This document shows positions 31,767-41,472 of a DNA stretch of 64,000 nucleotides, piece by piece. The DNA is taken from NCBI GenBank assembly GCA_964567725.1, contig CAZMNU010000001.1, positions 34,838-98,837 on the forward strand, read 5' to 3'. Within the stretch, counting starts at the first letter, position 1. Every line of letters starts with the position of its first letter. Under the pieces are notes generated by a model. It did not search any database. It was given only the letters and a program-made list of their open reading frames with translations, and was not told where the DNA came from. The DNA is from an uncultured Desulfobulbus sp. (GTDB lineage: Bacteria > Desulfobacterota > Desulfobulbia > Desulfobulbales > Desulfobulbaceae). The position numbers and the translations under genes are program-made.

Positions 31767-32675
31767 ATGATCACCCAGATCGAACCGTTCCTCTCCTGGC
31801 TGCTCGTGGAAAAGGGGTATTCGCCCCACACGGCGGACAGTTACCAGCGCGACCTGCGCGAATTTGTCCGCTTCTGCGGTGACGACAGCCCTCCCGACCG
31901 GGTCACCGCGGTCACGGTCCGTTCCTTTGTCGCCAGCCTGTACAGGACCAACGCGAGCGCCTCGGTGGCACGCAAGCTCTCGACCCTGCGCACCTTCTTC
32001 AGTTTCCTGCGCCGCCGCGGGATTCTGGCCGCCGACCCGCTGGCCGGCGTGGTCGGACCCAGGCGCGGCCGGCACATCCCGGCCTTTCTCACCGTGGACG
32101 AGGTGTTCGCCCTCATCGAGGCGCCCACCGCCGTGGACCGGTACTGGCGGCGGGACCGGGCAGTGCTGGAACTGCTCTACGCGACCGGCATGCGTGTCTC
32201 CGAGCTGGTGGCCGCCAACCTCGCGGACCTCGACTGGGCCGAGGAGATGGTGCTGGTCCGCGGCAAGGGCAACAAGGAGCGGCTCATTCCGTTTGGCCGG
32301 GCCGCCCGCGAGGCCCTGCACCAGTACCTGCCCGAGCGGGATGCGCTCATCCTCGCCCGGGCCACCCGCGGCCGGGAGATCGAGCGCCAGGCCCTGTTCC
32401 TCAACGGCCGGGGCACGCGTCTGACGGCACGGTCGGTGGAGCGCTTCGTGCAGGGCTACGGCCTGCGCGCCGGCATCGGCGTGACTGTCACCCCGCACGG
32501 CCTGCGCCATTCGTTCGCCACCCACCTGCTCGAGATGGGCGCGGACCTGCGCACCGTCCAGGAACTGCTCGGCCATGTCAGCCTGTCCACCACCCAGATG
32601 TACACCCACCTGAACATCGATCATCTCACCCGGGTCTACGACCAGGCCCATCCGCAGGCGCGGCGCAAGGAATGA
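31767..32675 (+). CDS. xerC: tyrosine recombinase XerC
   Basis: SPHT..Y, RKLSTLRTFF, LYATGMRVSEL, GKGNKER, PHGLRHSFATHL, LLGH..LSTTQMYTH; xerC-hslVU synteny. Confidence 0.88.
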   Translation: MITQIEPFLSWLLVEKGYSPHTADSYQRDLREFVRFCGDDSPPDRVTAVTVRSFVASLYRTNASASVARKLSTLRTFFSFLRRRGILAADPLAGVVGPRRGRHIPAFLTVDEVFALIEAPTAVDRYWRRDRAVLELLYATGMRVSELVAANLADLDWAEEMVLVRGKGNKERLIPFGRAAREALHQYLPERDALILARATRGREIERQALFLNGRGTRLTARSVERFVQGYGLRAGIGVTVTPHGLRHSFATHLLEMGADLRTVQELLGHVSLSTTQMYTHLNIDHLTRVYDQAHPQARRKE

Positions 32676-32724
32676 CTGGCACTGCGGAGCCGGGCGTGCA
32701 ACGGGCGGAAAACCGGCCCGACCA

Positions 32725-32753
32725 TTGACGGGGTGCGGCTTGATGTTTAATCG
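32725..32753 (+). promoter_or_regulatory. putative sigma70 promoter for hslVU
   Basis: TTGACG-N17-TAATCG-like arrangement in the xerC-hslV gap. Confidence 0.35.
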
Positions 32754-32798
32754 TCTTCCCATTGTTTTTTTATCAATCACCACCAGCAGCACAGGAAC

Positions 32799-33338
32799 AT
32801 GCGCCCTCAACCCATCCGCTCCACCACCATCCTCGCCATCCGTCACCGGGGCGAGGTCGTTGTCGCCGGCGACGGTCAGGTCTCCCTCGGGGCGACCGTG
32901 ATCAAGCACCAGGCCAGAAAGGTCCGGCGCCTCTACCACGACCAGGTGATCACCGGTTTTGCCGGCGCCACCGCCGACGCCTTCACCCTCTACGACCGGC
33001 TCGAGCAGAAGCTCGAGCAGTACAACGGCAACCTCATGCGCAGTGCGGTCGAACTGGCCAAGGACTGGCGCACGGACAAGATGCTGCGCCGCCTCGAGGC
33101 CATGCTCATCGCCGTCAATGCCGACCACTCGCTGCTGCTGTCCGGCACCGGTGACGTCATCGAGGCGGACGACGGCATCCTCGCCATCGGCTCGGGCGGC
33201 CCCTACGCCCAGGCGGCGGCGCGGGCCCTCATCGACCATTCCACGCTCGACGCGGCTGCCATCGCCCGCACCGCCCTGGAGATCGCCGGCTCCATCTGCG
33301 TCTACACCAACACCAACATCGTCGTCGAAAAGATATGA
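32799..33338 (+). CDS. hslV: ATP-dependent protease subunit HslV
   Basis: [32 protein letters not shown]. Confidence 0.97.
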   Translation: MRPQPIRSTTILAIRHRGEVVVAGDGQVSLGATVIKHQARKVRRLYHDQVITGFAGATADAFTLYDRLEQKLEQYNGNLMRSAVELAKDWRTDKMLRRLEAMLIAVNADHSLLLSGTGDVIEADDGILAIGSGGPYAQAAARALIDHSTLDAAAIARTALEIAGSICVYTNTNIVVEKI

Positions 33339-34741
33339 ATGCCTCCGCCCACAGAGGATCGCTCACCCCCCGGGAAACCGTGGCCGAACTGGACCGCTAC
33401 GTCATCGGCCAGGCCGAGGCCAAGCGCTCGGTGGCCATCGCCCTGCGCAACCGCTGGCGTCGTCAGCAGGTCGAACCGCCCCTGCGCGAGGAGATCGCCC
33501 CCAAGAACATCATCATGATCGGCCCGACCGGCGTGGGCAAGACCGAGATCGCCCGTCGGCTCGCCCACCTGGCGCAGAGCCCGTTTCTCAAGATCGAGGC
33601 CTCCAAGTTCACCGAGGTCGGCTACGTGGGCCGGGACGTGGAGTCGATGATCCGCGATCTGGTGCAACTGGCCATCACCATGGTCACCCGGGAGGAGGCG
33701 GAAGGGGTGCAGGGCCGGGCCGCGGCCAACGCCGAGGAGCGGCTGCTCGACTTGCTCCTGCCCCGCTCCCCGGCCCAGACCACCACCCCGGCCAAGCCCG
33801 GGGCCATCGAACTCGGCTACGACGGCGCCGCCCGCCAGGCCGACTACCAGGGCCAGACCACCCGCGAACGGTTCCGCGAGATGCTCCGCCGGGGCGAACT
33901 GGACGACCGCACGGTGGAACTGGCCGTATCGGCCCAGACCGGCGCGCCGAGCGTGGAGATGTTTTCCGCCTCGAGCATGGAGGAGATGCAGAGTTCCCTG
34001 CAGGACGCCTTCTCCAAGTTCTTCCCCAAGAAGAAGCAGCCCCGTCGCATGAAGGTGCCCGAGGCCCTCGAATACCTCCGGCGTGAGGAGGCCGAGCGGC
34101 TGGTGGACCACGAGAGCGTCACCGAAAAGGCCATCCGCCGCACCGAGCAGTCGGGCATCATCTTCCTCGACGAGATCGACAAGATCGCCTCGCGCGGCGG
34201 CTCCGGCTCGGGCGCGCCCGAGGTGTCGCGCGAGGGCGTGCAGCGTGACCTGCTGCCCATTGTCGAGGGCACCACCGTGACCACCAAGTACGGGCCGGTG
34301 AAGACCGATCACATCCTCTTCATCGCCAGCGGCGCCTTCCACGTGTGCAAGCCCTCGGACCTGGTGCCCGAACTGCAGGGCCGCTTCCCCATCCGGGTGA
34401 ACCTGCACGCGCTCGGCGAGGAGGAGTTTTTCCGTATCCTCACCGAGCCGCAGAACGCGCTCATCAGGCAGTACACCGCCCTGCTCGCCACCGAGGATGT
34501 CCAGCTTGTGTTCGAGGACGAGGCCATCCGCGAGATGGCGCGCATCGCCGTGCAGGTCAACGAGAAGACCGAGGACATCGGCGCCCGCCGGCTGCACACG
34601 GTGATCGAGCGGGTGCTGGACGAGGTCTCGTTCGACGCCACCGACCGCGAGGATTTGGAGTTCCGGGTCACCGCCGACTACGTCCGCCGCCAGCTGACCG
34701 ACATCAGCGAAAACGAGGACCTGAGCCGCTACATCCTCTGA
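33335..34741 (+). CDS. hslU: ATP-dependent protease ATPase subunit HslU
   Basis: [44 protein letters not shown]-terminal DLSRYIL. Confidence 0.98.
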   Translation: MNASAHRGSLTPRETVAELDRYVIGQAEAKRSVAIALRNRWRRQQVEPPLREEIAPKNIIMIGPTGVGKTEIARRLAHLAQSPFLKIEASKFTEVGYVGRDVESMIRDLVQLAITMVTREEAEGVQGRAAANAEERLLDLLLPRSPAQTTTPAKPGAIELGYDGAARQADYQGQTTRERFREMLRRGELDDRTVELAVSAQTGAPSVEMFSASSMEEMQSSLQDAFSKFFPKKKQPRRMKVPEALEYLRREEAERLVDHESVTEKAIRRTEQSGIIFLDEIDKIASRGGSGSGAPEVSREGVQRDLLPIVEGTTVTTKYGPVKTDHILFIASGAFHVCKPSDLVPELQGRFPIRVNLHALGEEEFFRILTEPQNALIRQYTALLATEDVQLVFEDEAIREMARIAVQVNEKTEDIGARRLHTVIERVLDEVSFDATDREDLEFRVTADYVRRQLTDISENEDLSRYIL

Positions 34742-34761
34742 ACCCCTGCCAGGTTGGTGCC

Positions 34762-35277
34762 ATGGATATCGATCCGGAGTGCAACTACTGCCCGGCCTGC
34801 CGCGACGAGTACCGGCCGGAGATCACCACCTGCCCCACCTGCGGGGTGGCCCTGGAGAGCGGTGCGGCGCTGCGCGCCCGGCTCGACCGGCAGCGGATCG
34901 GCCGGCCCGCGCCCATCGGCCCGGACGAGCCGCTCACCCCGGTCCGGCGCGGGCCGCTCGGGCAGATCCGCCAGCTGCAGGCGCTGCTCGAGGCGCACGG
35001 CCTGGCCGCCATCACCCGCACCGACGGCCCGGCCGGCTGCCGCACCACCTGTCGCGGCGCGGAACTGCTCCTGCAGGTGCGCGCCGCGGACCTGGCCGAG
35101 GTACTCGCCCTGCTCGACGAGGAGCACCGGCGCACCACCGTGCTCACCGACTACGACACCAGCCTGGCGGGCGAGGTGTTCGATGCCGGCCGGGACGAGG
35201 CCACCTGCCCGGCCTGCGGCTGTCGTTTCCCCACCAGTTCATCCTCCTGTCCTGACTGCGGCCTCAGCTTCGCCTGA
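34762..35277 (+). CDS. double zinc-ribbon domain protein
   Basis: N-terminal CPAC..CPTC and C-terminal CPAC..CPDC pairs; directly after hslU. Confidence 0.75.
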   Translation: MDIDPECNYCPACRDEYRPEITTCPTCGVALESGAALRARLDRQRIGRPAPIGPDEPLTPVRRGPLGQIRQLQALLEAHGLAAITRTDGPAGCRTTCRGAELLLQVRAADLAEVLALLDEEHRRTTVLTDYDTSLAGEVFDAGRDEATCPACGCRFPTSSSSCPDCGLSFA

Positions 35278-35353
35278 GACCGTGCCTCCGGTCCTGCCGC
35301 CTGCTTGAGGCCCGCCGGCCGGCCGGGTTTTTCTGCCCGGCCGCGCTTCCACC

Positions 35354-35383
35354 TTGACGCCCCGAGGCGTCCTGCTCTACCAT
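35354..35383 (+). promoter_or_regulatory. putative sigma70 promoter for SAM hydrolase/csgG-like genes
   Basis: TTGACG-N18-TACCAT. Confidence 0.4.
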
Positions 35384-35483
35384 TGATCATCGGTCGGAAT
35401 GTTCGGCTGTTTTCCCCCGGCCCGCAGCCGGCGGTTGCGGCTGTTTCCCCTTTATCAGAGCCAGCCCCCGGCCGGGGATGCCC

Positions 35484-36293
35484 ATGAGAGAGCGTACGCC
35501 TGCCATCGTCACCCTGACCACCGATTTCGGTCTGCAGGACCCCTATGCAGGCCAGTTGCGGGGCGCTGTACTCAAGGGCTGCCCCTCGGCCACGGTGGTC
35601 GATCTTACCCACGGGGTGCCCCCCTGGGACGTGGTCACCGCCGCGGTCACCATCCGCACCAGTTTCGCGTTTTTTCCCGCCGGCAGCGTCCACCTGGTGG
35701 TGGTCGACCCGGGGGTGGGTGGCCACCGGCCGATCCTTGCCGCTCGTGGCAGCGGCCACCTGTTCGTCGCCCCGGATAACGGTATCCTTTCCCTGCTCAT
35801 CAATGACCGCAAACTCGACATCGTGCACCGGGTGGCACACCCGGACTTCACCCCCATCACCGCCAGCCCCACCTTTCACGGTCGCGACCTGATGGCGCCG
35901 GTGGCCGCGGCCCTGGCCGCGGGCCGGCCCCTGACCGATCTCGGCCCGGCCATCGACCCGGCGGAACTGACCATGGTGATCGTGCCGGCGGGTGTCCCGG
36001 GCGACAACCGTCTGCTCGGCCAGGTGCAGCGCATCGACCGTTTCGGCAACGTGCGCACCACCATCCGCACCGGTCCCGGCCTGTTCGACCCGAACCGCTT
36101 CGCCTGGGCCGAAATCGGCGGCCACCGGGTCGAACGTTTCCACCGCACCTACACCGAGGCACCCGCCGGTGCACTCCTGGCTCTCATCGACAGCGGCGGC
36201 TATCTTGAAATTGCGGCCAACCAGGCGAACGCGGCCGAACAGCTGGGCTGCGTGCCCGGTGGTGCCGTGACCGTCCACCTGCATCGCTTTTGA
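35484..36293 (+). CDS. SAM hydrolase (DUF62; SAM hydroxide adenosyltransferase/halogenase family)
   Basis: TLTTDFG, VVDPGVG..R, PDNG, TFHGRD, DRFGN; Asp-Arg-His set indicates hydrolase. Confidence 0.9.
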   Translation: MRERTPAIVTLTTDFGLQDPYAGQLRGAVLKGCPSATVVDLTHGVPPWDVVTAAVTIRTSFAFFPAGSVHLVVVDPGVGGHRPILAARGSGHLFVAPDNGILSLLINDRKLDIVHRVAHPDFTPITASPTFHGRDLMAPVAAALAAGRPLTDLGPAIDPAELTMVIVPAGVPGDNRLLGQVQRIDRFGNVRTTIRTGPGLFDPNRFAWAEIGGHRVERFHRTYTEAPAGALLALIDSGGYLEIAANQANAAEQLGCVPGGAVTVHLHRF

Positions 36294-36326
36294 CCCGTCC
36301 ACCCACCACATCACCACGGAGGAATT

Positions 36327-37127
36327 ATGAAAAAGTACCTGTTTGCCATCGCTCTCGCCGCCTGCGTCCTGCCTGCCTGCAGCCAGATGAACATGGGGGA
36401 TGCGGGGGCCAAGAGCGAGGCCACGGGCAGCGCCGGCGGCGCCCGGTCCGCCAACGCCAATGCCAGCCTGGAGCGCTGCACCTCGCCGTTCGGCACCCTG
36501 GCGGTCAACGAGGACCAAACCGCCAACTGGTACTCCTGGCTGGGCCGCTACGGCATCCAGTCCACGGTGCCGGTGCTGCGGCTCCTGGCCCAGCAGAGCA
36601 ACTGTTTCGTGGTGGTCGAGCGCGGCGCCGGCATGAACAGCATGATGCGCGAACGCGACCTCGAGCAGGCGGGCGAACTCCGGCAGAAGAGCAGCTTCGG
36701 CAAGGGCCAGATGGTGGCAGCGGACTACACCGTGAGCCCGACCCTGATTTTCCAGGACAACAACATGGGCGGTGTCGGCGGGATGGTCGGCGGCCTGTTC
36801 GGCACGGTCGGCGCCCTGGTCGGTAGTTCCCTGCAGAGCAAGGGGGCGCAGAGCATGCTCACCCTGGTGGACAACCGCTCCGGTGTCCAGGTGGCGGTGG
36901 CCGAGGGCAGCGCCAAATCCATGGACGTGGGCGGCGTGCTCGGCATGCTCGAAGGCGATGTCGGCGGCGCCCTGTCGGCCTACAAGAAAACGCCGGAGGG
37001 CAAGGTGGTGGTGGCCTCGATGACCGACGCCTTCAACAACCTCGTGCAGGCGGTCAAAAATTACGAGGCACAGGAGGCCACCGGCCCGCACGGCATGGGC
37101 ACGGGCGGCAAACTCAAGGTCAACTGA
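36327..37127 (+). CDS. CsgG/HfaB-family lipoprotein
   Basis: lipoprotein signal (LPAC); QQSNCFVVVERG, KGQMVAADY, glycine zipper; GGAGG RBS. Confidence 0.8.
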   Translation: MKKYLFAIALAACVLPACSQMNMGDAGAKSEATGSAGGARSANANASLERCTSPFGTLAVNEDQTANWYSWLGRYGIQSTVPVLRLLAQQSNCFVVVERGAGMNSMMRERDLEQAGELRQKSSFGKGQMVAADYTVSPTLIFQDNNMGGVGGMVGGLFGTVGALVGSSLQSKGAQSMLTLVDNRSGVQVAVAEGSAKSMDVGGVLGMLEGDVGGALSAYKKTPEGKVVVASMTDAFNNLVQAVKNYEAQEATGPHGMGTGGKLKVN

Positions 37128-37213
37128 GCCGGCCGGGCCGCCATCGCCGGGCAAAGAGTGCTGTCCCGCAACGGTTTTATCAGGGGATTTTTCCCGAAGA
37201 GCCGTGCAAACCT

Positions 37214-37242
37214 TTGCATCCCTCTCCCTGACTGCGTATACT
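37214..37242 (+). promoter_or_regulatory. putative sigma70 promoter for ABM-family gene
   Basis: TTGCAT-N17-TATACT. Confidence 0.55.
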
Positions 37243-37318
37243 TGATGGGCAACACGATGGACGCTGTTTGGTTGTTCATGGACATCTGTCAATGCTACAT
37301 CAACACAGGGAGGACATC

Positions 37319-37606
37319 ATGGCTGTCAAGGTATTGATCAAGAGGAAGGTGGCGGAGAAGAACATGCCCGAATTGGACGCGCTGCTGAGAAAGATGCGGG
37401 CGCTGACCTTGAGCCGCAAGGGGTACATTTCCGGCGAGAGTTTCAACCGGGTGGACGAGGAGGGGGTGAGCATGGTCATCAGCACCTGGCAGACGCTCGA
37501 TGACTGGCGCGAGTGGACCCTGAGCAAGGAGCGTATCGAACTGCAGGACCAGATCGACAAACTGCTCGGCGCCCCCACCCAATACGAGATTTTCGAGAAC
37601 GCCTGA
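37319..37606 (+). CDS. antibiotic biosynthesis monooxygenase (ABM) family protein
   Basis: VKVLIKR, GYISGE, VISTWQTLDDWREW; GGAGG RBS. Confidence 0.8.
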   Translation: MAVKVLIKRKVAEKNMPELDALLRKMRALTLSRKGYISGESFNRVDEEGVSMVISTWQTLDDWREWTLSKERIELQDQIDKLLGAPTQYEIFENA

Positions 37607-37656
37607 GCAAGGCGCAGGGCGCCGCGGCCGGAACCGGCTGCGGCCTGAAACGCACA

Positions 37657-37691
37657 GCGGCCCGTCGTCCGACGACGGGCCGCTTTTTTTT
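37657..37691 (+). terminator. intrinsic terminator
   Basis: GCGGCCCGTCG-tccga-CGACGGGCCGC followed by T8. Confidence 0.85.
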
Positions 37692-37708
37692 GCCCGTGGA
37701 CCGGCGGC

Positions 37709-40700
37709 TCAGTGGCTGGTGCGGCCGTTGCCGTTGCCGTTGCGACCGCTGCCGTTGCCGCCGCGGCGGGCCGCCTCCGGCTTCTTCACCTGCAGGCTGA
37801 GCGCCCGCGGCCCGCACAGCCGGCCGATGGTGCGGATGAAGTCCGGGCAGGCGCGCACACCCATGTCCTTCATCACCTGGATGTCCACCTGGCCGCGGTT
37901 GTCGAAGTGGAGCGTCAGCACCACCGGTGTGCTGCCGTGGAACCGGTAGAGTTCCTCCTTGAGGTCCATCATGTGTTGGCGGGAGGTCGCCCCGGCCGGC
38001 AGGGTGATCACCGCCTTCTCCGCGTACTGCTCCAGGGCCTCCTCCAGGGTGCGCACCTCCTGGGCGATCACCTTGGCGCGCAGCTGCTCCTGCTGCTTGC
38101 CATCCTCGCCGTGCGGCCGCTCCTCGCCGCCCGCCGTCCCCTTGGCGGTGCGTTCGCCCTGCTGCACCGTGCCGCTGACCACCAGCGGCTGTTCGCTGGT
38201 GAGCAGGTGGGCGCACTCGGCAAAGGTGGACGGGAAGACGATCACCTCGATGCTCGCGTTCATGTCCTCGAGCACGGTGAAGGCCATGCGGTCGCCCTTC
38301 TTCGACTTGTGCTCCTTGCAGGCCGCGATCAGGCCGCCGATGCGCACCGCCTGGCCGTCGCGCAGTTTGGCCGCGCCGCCGATGTCCGTGTCCGTCACCC
38401 GGCGCAGGTCGTCGCGCACCCCTTCCAGCGGGTGGCCGGTGAGGAAGAAGCCCACGGTCTCCTTTTCCCCGGCGAGCCGCTGCAGCTTGGGCCACTCGGG
38501 GATGTCCGGCAGTTCCACCTCGGCCGCGTCCGCCTGGGCGCCGGCCGGCTGACCGACCCCGAACAGGCTCATCTGGCCGCTCAAGCGGTCGCGCTGCACC
38601 GCCTTGGCCCGGTCGATGCACTGGTCGAGGATCTCCATGTACTGGGCACGGCGGCCGCCCATGGAGTCGAAGGCGCCGGCCTTGATCAGGCTCTCGATCA
38701 CCTTGCGGTTGACCTTGGAGGAATCGATCCGGCCGCAGAACTCGCTCAGCGAGCGGTACGGCCCGTTCGCCGTGCGTTCCGCCAGGATCGCCTCGAGCGC
38801 CGCGCCGCCCACGTGCTTGACCGCGGCCAGGCCGAAGCGGATACGGTCGTTGATGACCGTGAAGTCGCTGAACGACTCGTTGATGTCCGGCGGCAGCACC
38901 TCGATGTGATCCTGGCGGCACTCGTTGATGTACTTGACCACCTTGTCCGTGTTCTCCACATCGCAGGAGAGCAGGGCGGCGAGGAACTGGGCCGGGTAGT
39001 GGGCCTTGAGGTAGGCGGTCTGGTAGGCGATGAGCGCGTAGGCGGCCGAATGGGACTTGTTGAAGCCGTAGCCGGCGAACTTGGCCATGAGGTCGAAGAT
39101 GTACTTGGCCTTGTCCTCGGGGATGTTGTTCGCCTTGGCCCCGGCCATGAACTTGCCGCGCTCCTTTTCCATCACCTCCGGGATCTTCTTGCCCATGGCC
39201 CGGCGCAGGATGTCCGCGTCGCCCAGGCTGTACCCGGCCAGGATGTTGGAGATCTTCATCACCTGTTCCTGGTAGACGATCACCCCGTAGGTCTCTTCGA
39301 GCACCTCCCTGATCTGCGGCAGCGGATAGTCGGGCTGACGGTGGCCGTGCTTGGTGTCGACGAAGGTGTCGACCATGCCCGAGTCCAGCGGACCCGGCCG
39401 GTAGAGGGCGACCAGGGCGATCAGGTCGGAGAACTGCTCCGGCTTCATGCGCATCAGCAGGTCGCGCATGCCATCGCCCTCCAGCTGGAACACGCCCAGG
39501 CTGTGCCCGCGGCAGAGCAGGGCAAAGGTCTTGGCGTCGTCCATGGGGATCTTGCGCAGATCCACCGTCTTGTCCAGGTCGAACCTGATCAGCTTCAGCG
39601 CCCGGTCGATCACGGTCAGGGTTTTGAGGCCGAGAAAGTCGAATTTGATCAACCCGGTTTTCTCGGTGTACTTCATGTCGTACTGGGTGAGAATTTCCTT
39701 GTTCGGACCGATGCACACCGGCAGGTACTCGACCATGGGCCGGGGCGAGATGACCACGCCGGCGGCATGGGTCGACTTGTGCCGCGACAGCCCCTCGAGC
39801 GTCTGCGAGATGGACAGCAGCCGGCGGATGTCGTCGTCCTTCATGGCCTCGCGCAGCCGGGGCTCGGCGTCGATGGCCTTCTTCAGGGTGATCTTCAGCT
39901 CCTCGGGCACCAGCTTGGCGATGCGGTCCACCTCGGGCAGGGGGATGTCGAGCACCCGGCCCACGTCGCGCAGCACGGCCCGGGCCTTCATCGACCCGTA
40001 GGCCACGATCTGGGCCACGTGGTCGTCGCCGCCGTAGCGCTGGCGGACGTAGTCGATCACCTCGTCGCGTCGCTCCTTGCAGAAATCCACGTCAAAGTCG
40101 GGCATGGATACCCGCTCGATGTTGAGGAACCGCTCGAACAGGAGGCCATAGGGCAGGGGGTCGATGTCGGTGATGGACAAACAGTAGGCGGCCAGGCTGC
40201 CGGCGCCCGAGCCGCGGCCCGGGCCCACCGGGATCTGCTGCTCCTTGGCCCAGTTGATGAAGTCGGCGACGATGAGGAAGTAGCCGGAAAATCCCATTTT
40301 CCTGATGACGTCGATCTCCAGCGTGAGCCGGTCGCGGTAGGCGGTCTCGGTTTCCTTGCTCACCGGGGCCAGTTCGTGCAGTTCGTCGAGCCGGCGGGCC
40401 AGCCCGTCCCAGCAGGCCCGGGCGAAGAGCGTGTCCAGGGTCTCCCCCTCCTTGACCGGGAACACCGGGAAGTGGTGCGCGCCGAACTCCAGCTCCAGGT
40501 TGCAGCGCTCCGCCACCTCCAGGGTGTTGGTCACCGCCTCGGGGCAGGCGGCGAACTCGGCGGCCATCTCCCCGGGCGACTTGAAATACAGGGTGTCGGT
40601 GGGGAAACGGAACCGGCTCGGGTCGTTGATGGTGCGGCCGGTCTGGATGCAGAGCAGCACCTCGTGGGCGTAGGATTCGTCCCGGTTGAGGTAGTGGCAG

Positions 40701-41314
40701 TCGTTGGTGGCCACCAGCTTGATGCCCAGCTCCCTGGCGAGTTCGATCATGCCGCGGTTGGCCACGCTTTGCTCGGGGATGCCGTTTTCCTGGAGTTCCA
40801 GGTAGAAGCGGTCGCCGAAGACCTGCTGGAATTCCAGCGCCCGTTTGCGCGCGCCCGCCGGGTCCTTGTGGGTGAGGCGCCAGGCGATCTCGCCGTGCAG
40901 GCAGGCGGTGAGGATGATCAGCCCCTCCTGGTGGGCGTACAGGGTGTCCAGGTCGATGCGCGGCCGGTAGTAGAACCCCCTGGTCTGGGCCAGGCTGCTG
41001 AGTTGCATCAGGTTGGCGTAACCGGTCCGGTCCATGGCCAGGGCGACCAGGTGGAAGTTGTGGCCGGCGGTGCGGTCGTGGCGGAGCATGCCGTGCTCGG
41101 CCACGTAGAACTCGCAGCCGACGATGGGCTTGATGCCGGCCTTGTTCGCTTTTTCGTAGAATTCGAGTGCGCCGTACATGGCGCCGTGGTCGGTGATGGC
41201 CACCGCCGCCATGTCGAATTCTTTGGCGCGCTGGATCAGGTCACCGACGCGGATGGCGCCGTCGAGCATGGAATATTGGGTGTGGACGTGCAGATGAACA
41301 AAGGGTGCGGACAT
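37709..41314 (-). CDS. dnaE: DNA polymerase III alpha subunit
   Basis: FVHLHVHTQYSMLDG, GRGSGAGS, MPDFDVDF, HAAGVVI, KFDFLGL, YGFNKSHS; true start 41314, not 42121. Confidence 0.98.
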   Translation of the reverse strand: MSAPFVHLHVHTQYSMLDGAIRVGDLIQRAKEFDMAAVAITDHGAMYGALEFYEKANKAGIKPIVGCEFYVAEHGMLRHDRTAGHNFHLVALAMDRTGYANLMQLSSLAQTRGFYYRPRIDLDTLYAHQEGLIILTACLHGEIAWRLTHKDPAGARKRALEFQQVFGDRFYLELQENGIPEQSVANRGMIELARELGIKLVATNDCHYLNRDESYAHEVLLCIQTGRTINDPSRFRFPTDTLYFKSPGEMAAEFAACPEAVTNTLEVAERCNLELEFGAHHFPVFPVKEGETLDTLFARACWDGLARRLDELHELAPVSKETETAYRDRLTLEIDVIRKMGFSGYFLIVADFINWAKEQQIPVGPGRGSGAGSLAAYCLSITDIDPLPYGLLFERFLNIERVSMPDFDVDFCKERRDEVIDYVRQRYGGDDHVAQIVAYGSMKARAVLRDVGRVLDIPLPEVDRIAKLVPEELKITLKKAIDAEPRLREAMKDDDIRRLLSISQTLEGLSRHKSTHAAGVVISPRPMVEYLPVCIGPNKEILTQYDMKYTEKTGLIKFDFLGLKTLTVIDRALKLIRFDLDKTVDLRKIPMDDAKTFALLCRGHSLGVFQLEGDGMRDLLMRMKPEQFSDLIALVALYRPGPLDSGMVDTFVDTKHGHRQPDYPLPQIREVLEETYGVIVYQEQVMKISNILAGYSLGDADILRRAMGKKIPEVMEKERGKFMAGAKANNIPEDKAKYIFDLMAKFAGYGFNKSHSAAYALIAYQTAYLKAHYPAQFLAALLSCDVENTDKVVKYINECRQDHIEVLPPDINESFSDFTVINDRIRFGLAAVKHVGGAALEAILAERTANGPYRSLSEFCGRIDSSKVNRKVIESLIKAGAFDSMGGRRAQYMEILDQCIDRAKAVQRDRLSGQMSLFGVGQPAGAQADAAEVELPDIPEWPKLQRLAGEKETVGFFLTGHPLEGVRDDLRRVTDTDIGGAAKLRDGQAVRIGGLIAACKEHKSKKGDRMAFTVLEDMNASIEVIVFPSTFAECAHLLTSEQPLVVSGTVQQGERTAKGTAGGEERPHGEDGKQQEQLRAKVIAQEVRTLEEALEQYAEKAVITLPAGATSRQHMMDLKEELYRFHGSTPVVLTLHFDNRGQVDIQVMKDMGVRACPDFIRTIGRLCGPRALSLQVKKPEAARRGGNGSGRNGNGNGRTSH

Positions 41315-41472
41315 GGAACCTTCCGTGGGGTGATGGGTCGGGGCGCGGCGACCGGGGCGGCCACCGGGGAGGTGGCAACGCGGTCCCGCGCACAGGGAAC
41401 TGGGATCCGGGTCGGCTGCGGCCCGCTCGGCCCGGGCAGCAGCCGGAGCGCAGCGCGATCGGTGATGCCGGC

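Noticed and set aside
31767..32675. Tyrosine recombinase as a phage/ICE integrase
   Set aside because: Size, motifs and xerC-hslV-hslU synteny fit housekeeping XerC. No att repeats, cargo genes or compositional shift are visible.
32739..32763. sigma32 promoter (CTTGAT...CCCAT) before hslV
   Set aside because: The spacer is about 2 nt shorter than in canonical RpoH promoters.
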